Shown here one piece after another: positions 10,113 to 22,486 of a stretch of 64,000 nucleotides of DNA. The stretch lies in the NCBI GenBank assembly GCA_965637545.1, contig OZ281499.1:9424001-9488000 (forward strand). Reading direction: 5' to 3'. Numbering within the stretch: the first letter of the stretch is position 1; every line of letters begins with the position of its first letter. This stretch comes from Phallusia mammillata. Its lineage: Eukaryota. Made by a program: the position numbers and the translations under genes. Below the pieces are notes generated by a model. The model made no database searches, had not been told where the DNA came from, and saw only the letters and a program-made list of their open reading frames with translations.

Positions 10113-13100
10113 TTACTTGGCCGCCAATCTCTTGTCACGCTCCTCAGCAATTGTCAGCTTAATTCCTTTGCCCCTTGGAAGGGAAATCATAGTCTTGTTG
10201 GCCTGTGAAAAAAAGGTTTAATATTATTGCAGTCAGCTATACAAAGTATGGTGTTCATAGTGTACAAAATGTCAAATCTTTCGAGCATCTTGAAAACAAT
10301 TTTTACAAATGTTTCATTTCTGCATTTGATCAGCACTTCAGTTGTTATCATAGCTAATTCAAAAACACGGACCGAAGGTAACTCATCATATCAAATGCAA
10401 GGGTTTGAAATAGCTTTTTAGCAGTTTACTGACCTGACCGATGATGAACACATTCGACAACCTGGTGGCAAACAAATGACCTTGGCTGTCCTTGACATGA
10501 ACAATGTCAAATGAACCTGGGTGGCGTTCACGATGCTGGACTATTCCAACTCGACCCAAGTTATGGCCCCCAGTGATCATGCACATCTGACCTATATGAC
10601 AAAAAACATATTGATGCTCAAGTGTGAATTACCATTTCAGTCTAAACTGAAGTATGGTTGCCACAAACAGTAAATCTGTAATATTTTTTAATATGTTAGA
10701 CTGTAAACATGTATCCGGGTTTACATATTATAAGGATAGCAACTACTGCATTGGGTTCAAGTTCGATAAAGATTTAACTTCAAACAAATGTATACAGACA
10801 AATACAAATCCAGTGAAACAACTGATTCTCTGGTGTTTTTGGACTTAAATAAAATTGGGATGAGCAGAAGCATGTTTAAAGGCACATTTATTTCTTATTT
10901 ATTGTAAAAAACAGCCAACCAAATTGCCTTTTTCCTTACTTTGTTGTTGCGCAGCATGCTTTAAAAGTTTGAGAACAACTGGCTTAAATGCACAACCAAC
11001 TGCCACATGTTTTATGTAACTGGGTATTTTTTAACAAAATGCTAGGGAGTGGGATTTTTGAAATGATTCCAATGCAATTAAACAGAATTTGTGATTAACC
11101 AGATTGGCCTGTTTTATCAGTGTTTCAACCTATTCTATGAAGTAAACCCATAAACTTATGGACAGTACCTAAATGAACACTGAGATAACACATATTTTAA
11201 CTTACCGCTGTCAAATCGCACAAAGGATGTAATTTTGCCACTTGCAATATCAACCACCACAGAATCGTTGATCTTGATGTCAGGGTGAGGATAGCGGATT
11301 GTTCGCGCATCATGAGTGGTCAGGTACGGAATTCCCTTCTGTGCTGTTCCAATCTTTTTCACCTTACAGAGCTTGTACTGGAAACAAATAAATACTGCTA
11401 TAAATCATTTTACAGTACATATTGCGGTAGTTATAAACAAAAAAGTTGGGTTTCTAGATTATGTACATATATGCCAAAAATTTGTGCAAAAAAACATAAA
11501 TTTTCAGAAAAATACATTAAGTAACCTGGTAATGTATTATAGTGAATATAGTCTTAGTCATAGTTAATAGTTTTACACTACGGCATTTAAAAAAAATTAT
11601 CAACACATTTTGTGGTGAGATCTATTTGCATGGTCAGTACTTCAGCTGTTGTCATGGTGATCAAAAACACGGACCGAAGTAAACTCATCATTCCATTTGC
11701 CAAACATTATCATTGAAGCAAAAAATGACACACATTTTAACATACCTTGGCCTCCTCATTGGTAATTCTGTGAACAGCAAAACGTCCCTTTACATCGTAG
11801 ACCAATCTGAAGTTTTCACCAGTTTTTTCAATGGTGATAACATCTAAAATGCACATTGAAAATTTAGCACATATTCTGAAAACATAATATTATTCTCTAT
11901 TCAAACAAACAACACCCAAACTAACAAGGGCCTTAATACAAACATCTTTGGGAGTTTCTCTAAAATGATAGTATACATTAAGGCAAAATAGAAAGGTACA
12001 TTTAGGAAATAATTTGGTGACATAAACACAAGCTTTCAACTTTCAAGTATGCAAACCTCTTGTCTTGCTCATGGCGGGAAAAAGTGGGGAAATGGGGATG
12101 CTCCATCCCGGGAAATCGGTCACACTTGCGGGAAATTTTTAGCTCTTTGTGTAAAAGCGAACACAAAAGTCGAAAAGAAGTTTTGTGGTGGAATAACGCA
12201 ACAGCACCAGTTTTTACTGCAGGTTACATCCGGCGAGGCAACGAAACTAAAACGCTGCAACACATAGGTCAACACACAAGGTGCTGAGTGTCTTTCTTCG
12301 CATTGCATGCGTGTGTGCACGAGCACAACAATACCCATTTGTTTCACGACAAGTATAGCAATGGCGCGATAAGCTGCGTTAGTGAAATAAGCTGCGAGTA
12401 TTCCTGTTGCGTATAACAACTTGGGGGATTTACCGAAAAATGGCGGGAAATTTTGGTGGCTTCCAGGGAAATTTGCATTTTTTCTAGCCCTGGTCTTGCT
12501 TACAACAAATTTTCAACACTAATCATAACAGTTTTTGTAACATCAATATATTTTTGATGTAAAATATTGGTTAATTTTCTTACCCATAAAGCCAGCTGGA
12601 TAAGTGGTGTCAGTCCTTACTTTCCCATCAACCTTCACCAATCGTTGCATTAAAATCCTCTTCACCTCTGTGTAGGTCAAGGCATAGTGGAGGCGATTTC
12701 TCAAGAAAATGCTAAGAGGAAGACATTCCCTCAGTTTGTGGGGTCCAGTGGATGGTCTGGGTGCCTTAATATAAATGACATACAAACTAAACATAACATT
12801 TTCATCTGCAGATGTACACAAGTAAAAACGTCAATCCTTGGTCCTTCGCCCAAATCCAGGAGTAATACTTTATTTAATTCACACAACAATCTTTGCATTT
12901 GTTCAGTACTTCAGCTGTTGTCATGGTTATCAAAAACACGGACCGAAGTAAACTCATCATTTCAAACGCAAACTTAATGTTTAAAAACTAATGAGAAATT
13001 TTTTTTTACTTACGAATACACCAGTAAGTTTATCAAGCATCCAATGTTTGGGGGCATTAAGCCGCTTCAGATGCTTTTTCGGTCCACGCGCCTAAAAATA

Positions 13101-13322
13101 CAAATCAGTATTAGGCTCAATGTATTCTATTTTTTGTAGAAGATCCACAATTTTGATCAAAACAAAAGTACTTTTGACACAAGAATTTAGCTAAATTAAA
13201 CCTCAAAAAACTTAAAAACATGTTTAAACTGCCTAAATATACCATAAACTGTTCTGGTCTGGTTTAAACAAAGGCTTAAGAGGCAGATTAATTTTGATTT
13301 CTTGCTATCAACCACTCACCAT
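10113..13322 (-). CDS. RPS4: 40S ribosomal protein S4 (eS4), 7 exons, 259 aa
   Basis: Exons 13322-13320 (ATG), 13091-13014 ([26 protein letters not shown]), 12764-12584, 11843-11746, 11377-11206, 10591-10434 and 10202-10113 (..[10 protein letters not shown]). Total 780 nt, all GT-AG. AATAAA at 10063-10068 (-). Confidence 0.98.
10321..10399 (-). ncRNA. SNORD18: Box C/D snoRNA U18/SNORD18-like, copy C (RPS4 intron 6)
   Basis: 9-bp terminal stem TGCATTTGA/TCAAATGCA, box C ATGATGA, guide TTCGGTCCGTGTTT followed by D' TTGA, box D CTGA. The guide is complementary to the conserved LSU rRNA segment AAACACGGACC. Confidence 0.88.
11630..11696 (-). ncRNA. SNORD18: Box C/D snoRNA U18/SNORD18-like, copy B (RPS4 intron 4)
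   Basis: ATGG/CCAT terminal stem, box C at 11685-11691, same guide and D', box D at 11634-11637. Confidence 0.88.
12070..12492. mobile_element. hAT-type non-autonomous element in RPS4 intron 3
   Basis: Perfect 8-bp TSD GTCTTGCT (12062-12069, 12493-12500) and imperfect TIRs CATGGCGGGAAAAAG / CAGGGCTAGAAAAAA (reverse complement). Confidence 0.75.
12892..12972 (-). ncRNA. SNORD18: Box C/D snoRNA U18/SNORD18-like, copy A (RPS4 intron 2)
   Basis: 10-bp terminal stem TTTGCGTTTG/CAAATGCAAA, box C at 12954-12960, guide and D', box D at 12903-12906. Confidence 0.9.
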
Positions 13323-13334
13323 CTTGTCACGGCA

Positions 13335-13343
13335 GAAAGGAAG
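13335..13343 (-). promoter_or_regulatory. 5'-terminal oligopyrimidine (TOP) start of RPS4
   Basis: CTTCCTTTC begins 21 nt upstream of the ATG, typical of ribosomal-protein mRNAs. Confidence 0.75.
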
Positions 13344-13800
13344 ATTTCGGAAATTTGTTCACACGACCCCATGTGTCGGACTTCATAGAAGTCATACAAA
13401 TATATTTATTTTTCACGATTTTCATCGGTCTTTGGACTGTGGAACTTAAACTGCCAAGTTTGTGGAGTAGTTTTACGATTATTCAGTCATAATACAAAAA
13501 AAAACTTATTTTGTAATTTGAATAATTACGTTTTAAAATTGACACTGTAATTTTGACGCTTAGCTTGATGTATGTCAAAAGATTGTATGATATGGCTGGA
13601 ATTTTCTTTTTCGACGCTCTTATTCCCATTTATTGATTTTTATCTCGTTTAAAACCAAATCCTAAGAATATTTTGATGCGTAATAAAGTATGATTTTTAT
13701 TTGATTTGTTTTCAAAGACAGCCATCTTTTTTGTGACGTCATAGACATTATTCACTGATCAGCTGACAAACAATACGTTGCGCTGTTTGTTTTTGTCAGG
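13344..13800. promoter_or_regulatory. Divergent RPS4/FIS1 promoter
   Basis: YY1-like GCCATCTT at 13721-13728 and CRE TGACGTCA at 13734-13741, between head-to-head genes. Confidence 0.55.
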
Positions 13801-13988
13801 CTTTACGTTGTTACATTACAACCTATTTAGTTTTGTTCGTGTTTAAATCTATAGTTGGCGAAGGTTAGCATTAGCATTCAATACTGAAGCACTGCGTGTT
13901 TATTTGATTCGAAAAGTTTCGCATTTTATGGTTGTTTGTTTGCACTTTGCTATCAGGAAGTTTTCAGATCATTAAATTTATGAACAAA

Positions 13989-14447
13989 ATGGACGTCATT
14001 ATAAAAGATGTGATAAATCCGGACGAGATAATGAAGTTTGAAGAGAAGTACAAGAAAGAAGAAGCTATGGGTTGTATCTGTCCTGAAACACAGTTTGAAT
14101 ATGCTTGGTGTCTTGTCCGAAGTCCCTATGCCGATGACTGGAAAACTGGTTTTGAACTTTTAAAGAAGCTCTATGACATTGGAGATGATCATGCAAAAAG
14201 AGACTACCTGTATTATATGGCAATTGCCAAATTTAAAATGAAAAAATATGATGATGCATTGGAATATTGTCAAGCTATACTAAAAGTCCAGCCTCAAAAT
14301 CACCAAGTGAAACAGCTGAAAGCTTATATCGAAAGCAAAATGAAAAAAGAAGGACTGCTGGGGATGGCTGTAATTGGTGGTGCTGGACTTGTCTTGGGAA
14401 TTGGGGCTGCTGCACTTGCTGCTATAGCGGTTGCATCAAAAAAATGA
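13989..14447 (+). CDS. FIS1: Mitochondrial fission 1 protein, single coding exon
   Basis: MDVIIKDVINPDEIMKFEEKY..TQFEYAWCLVRS..KRDYLYYMAIAKFKMKKYDDAL..PQNHQVKQLK..GLLGMAVIGG TM anchor..SKK*. In-frame alternative ATG at 13980. Probable 5'-UTR intron from 13864 to 13956 or 13967. AATAAA at 14723-14728. Confidence 0.95.
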   Translation: MDVIIKDVINPDEIMKFEEKYKKEEAMGCICPETQFEYAWCLVRSPYADDWKTGFELLKKLYDIGDDHAKRDYLYYMAIAKFKMKKYDDALEYCQAILKVQPQNHQVKQLKAYIESKMKKEGLLGMAVIGGAGLVLGIGAAALAAIAVASKK

Positions 14448-14992
14448 AATTAGTGTTTGCTTGTGTTGCCATTGCTTGCACTGTGAAATATGGATTATGT
14501 ATTCTTTTTACAGTTATTGAACTTGAAAGTGTAAACCAGAGATAATGGATTTGGTGTAAATAGTAACATTACTAAAATATGCAATAGTTTTGCTATTATT
14601 TTGCATGTGTAGATTGTGATTATAATTGTGTTATTGTTGTAAAAGCCTAAACAAGTTATTACACAATGTTGTTTTTTATCTGTGGACTGGTAAAATTGAC
14701 ACAACTACAAATAAGTTAAGATAATAAATGTACAAGAAACACATGTTAAAACTTTAGCAACCTTTTGCACAATGGTATTATACATGTTTTATTGTTCCAC
14801 GGTACTAAATAAGATATTTCTTGTAATTTAAAATTTCTTGCAATTGGATATTTCTTGCAATAAGTTTAAAATTTTGTTTACAACAGTAAATTTCATGCCC
14901 TAATTTGAACTTTTTGGGTTGATAATAATTGCCAACACATACAAATTTTGTTTTTAGTTTACTATTGTATCTACACCTTCAAAGTATCACAA

Positions 14993-17900
14993 ATGGCAAT
15001 GTTCAATTCAAATTTGACATCAAGTTTGTCTGGTTGGTTTACAAACAAATTCCAACCAAACCCAGAAGATTCTTCTGCAACAAATGAAGAGAAATCCCAG
15101 ACTGAAGAAAATATAAAAGTAAGTAACTACACCAAACCTCAGTTAATGCAGACCCATTTGGATCCAAAAAATTGCCTGAATTAAATGAAGATTCTGAATA
15201 AGTGATGTTGACACTTGACAAAGCCTTACCACATAACAATTCATTTGTACTTTTTGTCCGAATTAGGTGAAGACCTGAATTGGCAGAGGTTTACTGTAAC
15301 ACGTTGAACTAAGGACTATGATTTTTATTGGTATTGTTTTCTACTATGTACTTCCGTTTGCAGCAAACTCCAGAGGAAGAAGTATCTGAAAAACCTGTAG
15401 AAACAGAGAAGGATGATAACAAGGTGGAAAGCGAGGAAACCAATAATGAAGAAACATCAACTGAAACTACAAGTAACATGATTGGTTGTGAAACTTTCCA
15501 TAAATAATCAGTTTCAATACTTTTGATTCTGGGGAACTACAAGCTAGTTAATAGCTAAATTCTTTTACACTGTATTCCAAACAGTGGCTTATCATTGGTT
15601 TTAAAATAATCAAGAAAGCATATTGTGGTTAAACAAAATAGAACACTTAGCCAATGTATATTGCCACTATGTAAGAAGTTAGCTCCCTAGCCTTAATATG
15701 TTTTTATTATAATAGATCAAAGACATAGGCTAAGCAGGCAATGAGACTTTTAAAGTGCTCTTAACTGACTGTAGTATTTTACCCCACATTTGTACTTAAA
15801 AAATGCACACATTTTGTTTTTGGTTTGTTTAACCCCACATTTGATTGTGTAAGACTATTATGATTTTTTTGACGGGCAGATTCTTTGGACAAAATGTTGG
15901 ACATTGACACAGAACAAATGCAGAAAAAACTGGCGGAGGAAACACAGAAAGTTGTGTCATCAGCAATGTCATTTGGAAGTAAGTTATTCCTGCATGTTTT
16001 GAAATTAAATTTCCAAGAGGATAAACAGAGCAAATTATTAGTGAGCAGGGAATTGCAAAATGACATTTGAAGCCATTTCTTTCTCTTCTGTATTTAAATG
16101 ATTTCTTACTGTACCTGTTACTTGTGAAACTTGGTTAGTTCTGTTCTTAAGAGTCACATTGGTAATGTGTTGGACTCTTGGCATAACTATTAGAAGGAAA
16201 TCTTTGATACTCTTCTGTAGTTCTGAAAGGGTTAGTGTTAAAGCAAATGTTGGTGCACCAAAACTTTTGAAACTGGCAATGGAATAGATTGCTTGCTGTA
16301 ACACTGGGAAAAGGGACTTCTGTTTTTTATGCACTATTATGCACCACCAAGCAGTAGGAATTAACCCAGCTTTTGTCTTCAACACTGCATGCATTCTATG
16401 ATGCCAAACACATGCCTTTCTACTTAAAACAAAAACTATTTGAAATATGGTAAATATGATAATTGATAAGTAATGGTTAGCTCAGCCTATATTTAATGGG
16501 TATGTCCCAAACTTATAAATAACTTTAGGACACAAAATCAATTCCTTTAAAAGATGCCTTTTTATTTTTGTATCTTTTAACAGACTATCTGTTTGGTGTT
16601 GCCACTGAGGCATCAAAGAAGATGTCAACTACTGTTAATGAAACAGCACAAACTCTGAAGAAAACTGTAGAAGACAAGGTTAGGAAAATCCTTTCAATCA
16701 CACACACTTATATATAACTGAAGGACTTGTTAATAAAATGAAGCTTCTTTAATTGCAGACAATTTTGGGTGATCTTAATCGTGAACAAGATGAGTTTATT
16801 CGACAAAAGCGAGAAAAGCAAGGTGCAGACAGCGTTTTCTGTTTTCTTTTTGTTTGTTTATGGTTTAATAGAGTTGATATTGCATCAGAGACCCATCTAA
16901 GTGCATGGCAAGGCAACTCATATTGTAAGCTTTAAAAATAACCAATTTAAAACAGGAATACTGGCTTAGCTTATCCTATCATTTACTTACAAAGCACAGT
17001 ATTTTATGATGTCTAGGGATTGGCCGAAACCGCAAATGTTCTGTTTGGTCCTGTACCGAGCATCTCATGTTGGTGCCTGACTGTGTACGCTTGGTGCGTT
17101 TTGAGTTTTTGACATCACAAACATTCCCAATTCCACCCTAGTTTTGTAGCTTTTCAAGGTCACTCACATTACTAGCTGTGTATTAAGCTGTACAGGCCCC
17201 AAAAGTAAGTGTTTTCTCATGCATTTAAAAAAATTGATTCTGGACCCCTATCGAACACTCGTTTCAGACTTACCAGGGCACGAATATGCAAATTTAATGC
17301 TTGTGTCAGTTTATGCAACTTCTCTGCCGAGTACTGAGCATAAAAAACAGCAATGCTGGGTACCAAGTACTTGGGTTCTGGCTTGGCTCGGTCCATCCCT
17401 AATGTCAACTCCATTCTCTACACAGTTAAGCATGTGTGTGTATTTGTGCTTTAAAGGTGATGGGGCTGTTCCACCATGGTGTGGATACCAAGAAGAAGAA
17501 ACTATGAAACAACAGATCCTGGCTTTATCAACTGTAAGTGCTGATTTTTTGCTTTCTTTTTTGATAGTATATTGCTTGACAGTGTTACCAATTGGGCTTA
17601 CTAAAACATACCTCAAATTATTATTCTACATGTGTAATTACACATTTTTAGTTTGCGTTTAACATTGGAATAATGATATAATACTTTTTGTTCTCTTTTC
17701 AGGACACACGAAACTTTCTTCGTAGCCCCCCATCAGGTGTTCAATTCAACTTTGAGTTTGAACAAATGTTTCCAATTGCCAAAGCCACCTTAAAGGAAGA
17801 TGAAAACCTAAAAAAGATGAGATTCACCCTAGTGCCAACCAAGTAAGTTGTTATCCAAAATTTCAAGTAACCTTCACATATATATATATTATCAATTTAT

Positions 17901-20900
17901 CCTGCCAATTTACTTGTTATTTCCTTGTGTTAATGACCTGTCATGCTAACGTTTTTGTAAATAACAGTGGTTTGTGCCAGCAGATATCAATAATAAAGAG
18001 AAAGCAAAAGGTTTTGTGCATGTAAGGCTAAATTTTAAGGCATTGACATGATAAAAACAGGTCAAATTGTTACTTCCATATAAACCCGCAAATCGGTTGG
18101 TGTGCCATGAAAAAACATGTTACATGCCAGAGGTTGCCAACCCCAGCAATACACTATTTATAACAAATATGTCAAGTTGCTGAAAACAGGTTTACTGAAA
18201 AGCTTATTGAGTTGAAAAGTACTTGTTCTTGCCAGTGTCGTCTGTGTTTTGTATGTCACAGACTCGCTCTGAATAATGCAACCAAAACTTAGGGTCTTTT
18301 GTTTATCAGATACTTGTCATTTCCTGTGATATGTCAGCGCTGGTGCTTATTACTCACAGCATAATAAATGCAACAGTTGATTGGTTGTTTATGCTAGATT
18401 ACATGTGTTTCCTACACCTGCAAAGTTGTGTAAACAAAACTGCAAAAACAGGTGGTACTGCTACAGAATTATAAGCAATGTAATAACAGAATCAACAACA
18501 CATAAAATCCTTGATTTGTTTATGTTTTAGGCCATTAAGAACAAGCAAACTTGTAATACTTACAGTGCATTATATATTAGAGCTGCAAATCATTCCTAGA
18601 AACCACATTTTTTAATAGTCATTTACAGTGTTGACTTACATACTACGCTTTTTCTGGGCATTCGAATGTTCTTTGCAATCGTCTGCATCACCCAAACACA
18701 ACCGCATACTTCTGAATACAAGTATCTTTGTTCTAACTGTGTTTCAAGTCCTGGGTTTTACAATATTGCATCAAGGTAGTTGACTGTCTTGTGTGCATTT
18801 TTTAAGATGTGGGCAAAACATATGCAAACGGCAACAAAATTTAATGAAACTACACAACATTTAAGCTCAACAACATTGTAAACTGTAATTAGAACAAAGT
18901 TAAAAGTGAAAAATTAATACTGCCTGCTGATTTGGCTGGTCTTGGTCCATTCCCTTCAAAGGCTGCCGACCACTGTATTTATAATTTAAATTATTACTGC
19001 AATCTGTCCACAGGATTAAGGAAGAACTTTTCTGGCGGAACTATTTCTACCGAGTATCCCTGATCAAGCAATCTGCCCAGCTGTCGAGTTTAACAGAATT
19101 GCAGAAGACAGGAGCAGGTGAAGCTGCGTCATCTGCATCATCCACCTCTTCTATTGTAATGGTGGGAAGTACAGCAACAGGAACAATGAGCCGTAGTAGC
19201 AGCAACAAATCCCTTAACAGGTGAATCATTAGATTGTGTCAAAAATTGTTTGACAAGATTTATTGTATGTGTTTTTTTAAAATTGTTTAGGTTTAACTAA
19301 AATGGTTAGACTAAGAAATACAAATCAAATTTACCAAAGTCGCTTCCATTTCTGTTTTGGGGGCTTGCAACCTATGCAATAAGTAATGCTAACATTTAAT
19401 GAAGCGGGTTTGACTCCAAAATAGTTAAATCTGATTAAAAGCTGATAGGTAAAAACCATTTCAACCTGATTGGTCAGTATCAAATGTTTACAAAGAAAAG
19501 ATTAGCCTAATAGTATTGTTCACAAAATTCAGTTGTTACTAAATCTTACTGTTTATCCGACCCACTAATGTTGTTCAAAGGAAACTGAAACACACCGGTT
19601 GAGTAGGCAATATTGTCCAAAATTGAGTTGTTTCTGTTAATGCAATATATTTAGGTATTACAGGCCCTAAATGATATAAAAACTTACATACAACTTTGAT
19701 GACACCAACACACTCTGAAATGTAACACAATCATACATGTTTGTTACACATTTGTAGATCTGATGCAGAAACTGCTGGTGCAGAATCCCATGATACGGCT
19801 GATATTAATGAACCTGATGTAAGTTACAAGACCCTATAACAACTTAACTTGTAATTTAAATGTGCCAGCTAAGCTTGGTAAATTCTGCTAAGATAATTAG
19901 CTCACATCAGACAAAGTTTGCTTATTATCAAAGAACATTTGCTAATATTTAAAAGCAAATTGTGCGAAAAAAATAAATAAAAAATTGTGTTTAAATGCTG
20001 TTGGTTAGAGGAGTGGATGAGGTTTTGTAATACAAATACCAATAAACCTTATAAACTGGGTTCCCAATCCTATTAATTTAAATAACTGTGCTCTTCACGC
20101 CCTCTATTGGCATTTAGTAAACTCCTGCTGTGAGTTTTTTATATTAGTAGCTTTACCGCTAAACTTAGAGCTTCAAGCCCTGTTGAAACGGCCTTGACTT
20201 TTTGTGAAATCTAATTTAACTTATTTGTGTTCACTTAGCTAAACCTATTTAATAATGTTGAGAAAGTAGTGTCCGTTGTAAGCAGGAACTGCCCGCCGCC
20301 GAATTTGCCTCCGATGCGTTTGACCCCTCAACTTTGAACCCTGATGACCTCGAACGTGAAATGCGTGAACTTGGAATGGACGATGGTGGAACAGATATAC
20401 CTGAATGGGAACATGAACTCCAAAAAGAACTTCAGGTCTGTTTTAATGGATTAAAATATCAAGGTTTACATAGCGAGTGTTTAAGCATATGAATTCAACA
20501 AACACCTAAATATTGATCCGGGCTTGTGGCGTGATGTGGACGAACAACGGTTCTAGCCTCGAACCCACGACTGTAGTCTTTTCGGGACACAGGCTCTACA
20601 AACTAAGCTACACAGGGAATCACAAGCACCGTTGCCTGCCTCGTATGCTGCACATGTCAGCTTCGTATAGGAGGGGATCGCCTGATCGACTAGTAATCTT
20701 TCAAAATATAATTTCATAACTAAATCAACCCTGAAGCGTCGGTGCTGACCAGCGATCACGGCACACTCATGTAGTGAATCAGCTGGCCACCAAGCATTCA
20801 CCGTATGGTAAGGCGCACCCTAGAAAAATCTAGCCTGCGGTGGGATTCGAACCCGCGAAAGAAGTCATTCCGGGACTCGCGCTCTACAAGTGAGCTACAC

Positions 20901-21244
20901 AGGCTGCGCAAAAAGCAGGCACACATTTTTAAACAATCTTACAATGACACTTTTTTTGAACCAAATCATCATGTTTCAGCGCCAAATCACTGTAGAACTG
21001 GTTACATTACCTGAACTCGGTTGAAAAATTGCATGGGTTCTAAAGTTGCTGTCTAACAGTTACCATGACGTGATTTAGGTTTAAAATTGTTTGCAACAAA
21101 ACACATTACCGCTAAATTTAACACTATTTAAATTACTTTTTCTAGGACTACGAAGTAGTAAACGGCGAAGGCAAGGACGATATGTGGGAAAAAGAAATCG
21201 ATGATATGTTAAATGCGGATGCCGAACAAGTCAAGTCCAGTTAG
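14993..21244 (+). CDS. SYAP1: Synapse-associated protein 1 (BSD domain), 11 exons, about 408 aa
   Basis: Exons 14993-15118, 15364-15472, 15880-15978, 16584-16678, 16759-16822 (weak donor), 17457-17533, 17703-17842, 19014-19220, 19758-19818, 20286-20435 and 21146-21244. Motifs [57 protein letters not shown]. Confidence 0.92.
17014..17401. mobile_element. TAGGG-terminated MITE with apparent 5-bp TSD
   Basis: TIRs TAGGGATTGGCCGAA / TAGGGATGGACCGAG (reverse complement), with ATGTC directly flanking both ends. Confidence 0.65.
20555..20904 (-). mobile_element. tRNA-derived SINE-like element with two tRNA-like heads (20832-20904 and 20555-20617)
   Basis: The first head folds as a cloverleaf (GCCTGTG/CGCAGGC acceptor, GCTC/GAGC D-stem, GGTTCGAATCC B-box) but lacks U33 and has a T-stem mismatch. 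It is followed by TTTTT. The second head is a degenerate paralogue. Antisense in SYAP1 intron 10. Confidence 0.65.
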
Positions 21245-22486
21245 TTCCATGTGTTTCCTGTTAAACTTAGTTCTGTATTTCTACCGGAGGTTTCAATGTA
21301 CAATCTGCTACCGGCAATGGCAAAGTCCTCATCAGTATTTACGCTTATAGCTTGGCCAACTAATGCTTTTTTGCATGATGTATCTGGTTTATTTCAAAGT
21401 CTCAATTTGCGAACAATACAATACTGTTTGTTTGTTTTTTTTGAAGCAAAAAAATGACATCTAAAACGAATTGTTTTTTAAGTTGCGCTAAAATTTCACG
21501 CAAACCCCTTTAACAAAGCATTAGAAAGACTGCCTGGCTTATCAGCTGTATTTTTGTGCAGTAGAAAAGCTTGACAGTAATTTTTGGCTCCCAGTGCTGT
21601 TGTGTAAAATCGTTGTAACAGCAAAATATCGGTGACAAAAGAGACTTATACCTGTATAGCTATTGCCACAAAAACGCAAAAGCCCACTAAAAAAATGTTG
21701 TTTTTCATTATAAACACACATTTTCTGGAATAAGCAGGTGTGCAGTCTCCATTTTTCCCCTTCTAGAATCTCTTTATCCTTGAGCCATGTATTTCTCTAA
21801 CTTTATAAATAGCAATCTAGTCCACAAAAGATATTTTGTTTCTTGTGCTAAAGTAAACTATACCAACTAAATATCTGCAATGTAGATGTGTTGTACACAC
21901 TTTGTCTTTGTTTGCCGTTTCTATTTCTTTCCGCTTTATGTAGAGTTCTGTCTTTGTTCCATTGCCACGTGAGCTATATGTTTCGACGTTGTTGGTGGCT
22001 TTATATACCGAAGAAACTTTACACATCGATTAAGGCTGTTATGTGGTTTTTGTAGCAGTTTTTCGTGACGTATTTAAAACTTGGTGAACTTATGAGAAAG
22101 GTAGATTAAGATACTTTCAGGGTAATTGTAGTAAGAATAATATTTTGGGAATTCGTGGTAAATGTGTTAAAAAAACTTTCAATTTTATTTATTAAATCTG
22201 TCAGCAAATAAAATTTACAAATCAACTAACGCATGCTGGTAATATAAGTGATCTGGTAAAACTGACTTATATGCATCTATCTAAACTTGTTTTAGAAAAG
22301 ACATTTTACCACACTGTTAAACGGTTATAGCTTAATCTGTAATCCACACAACTTGTTCAGTGTATGTTAATGGAAAAACTCACTCTGTTTGCACCCATTT
22401 TAAACAAAAAAATAAATTCTGAAAGTTTTAAAACTCAGTTCCGAATAATATTACCAGAAAAAGTAGTGCACTGCAAATGAAGGTAC

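Noticed and set aside
11110-11190. Stem-loop in RPS4 intron 5 resembling an H/ACA 5' hairpin
   Set aside because: No convincing second hairpin and ACA box.
21817-22026. 69-aa minus-strand ORF between SYAP1 and the retrotransposon
   Set aside because: No recognisable motif, splice context or homologue that I can identify.
22108-22125. ATACTTTCAGGG resembles the 5' end of U3 snoRNA
   Set aside because: Only a 12-nt match. Box A (GGATCA) and boxes B/C/D do not follow.
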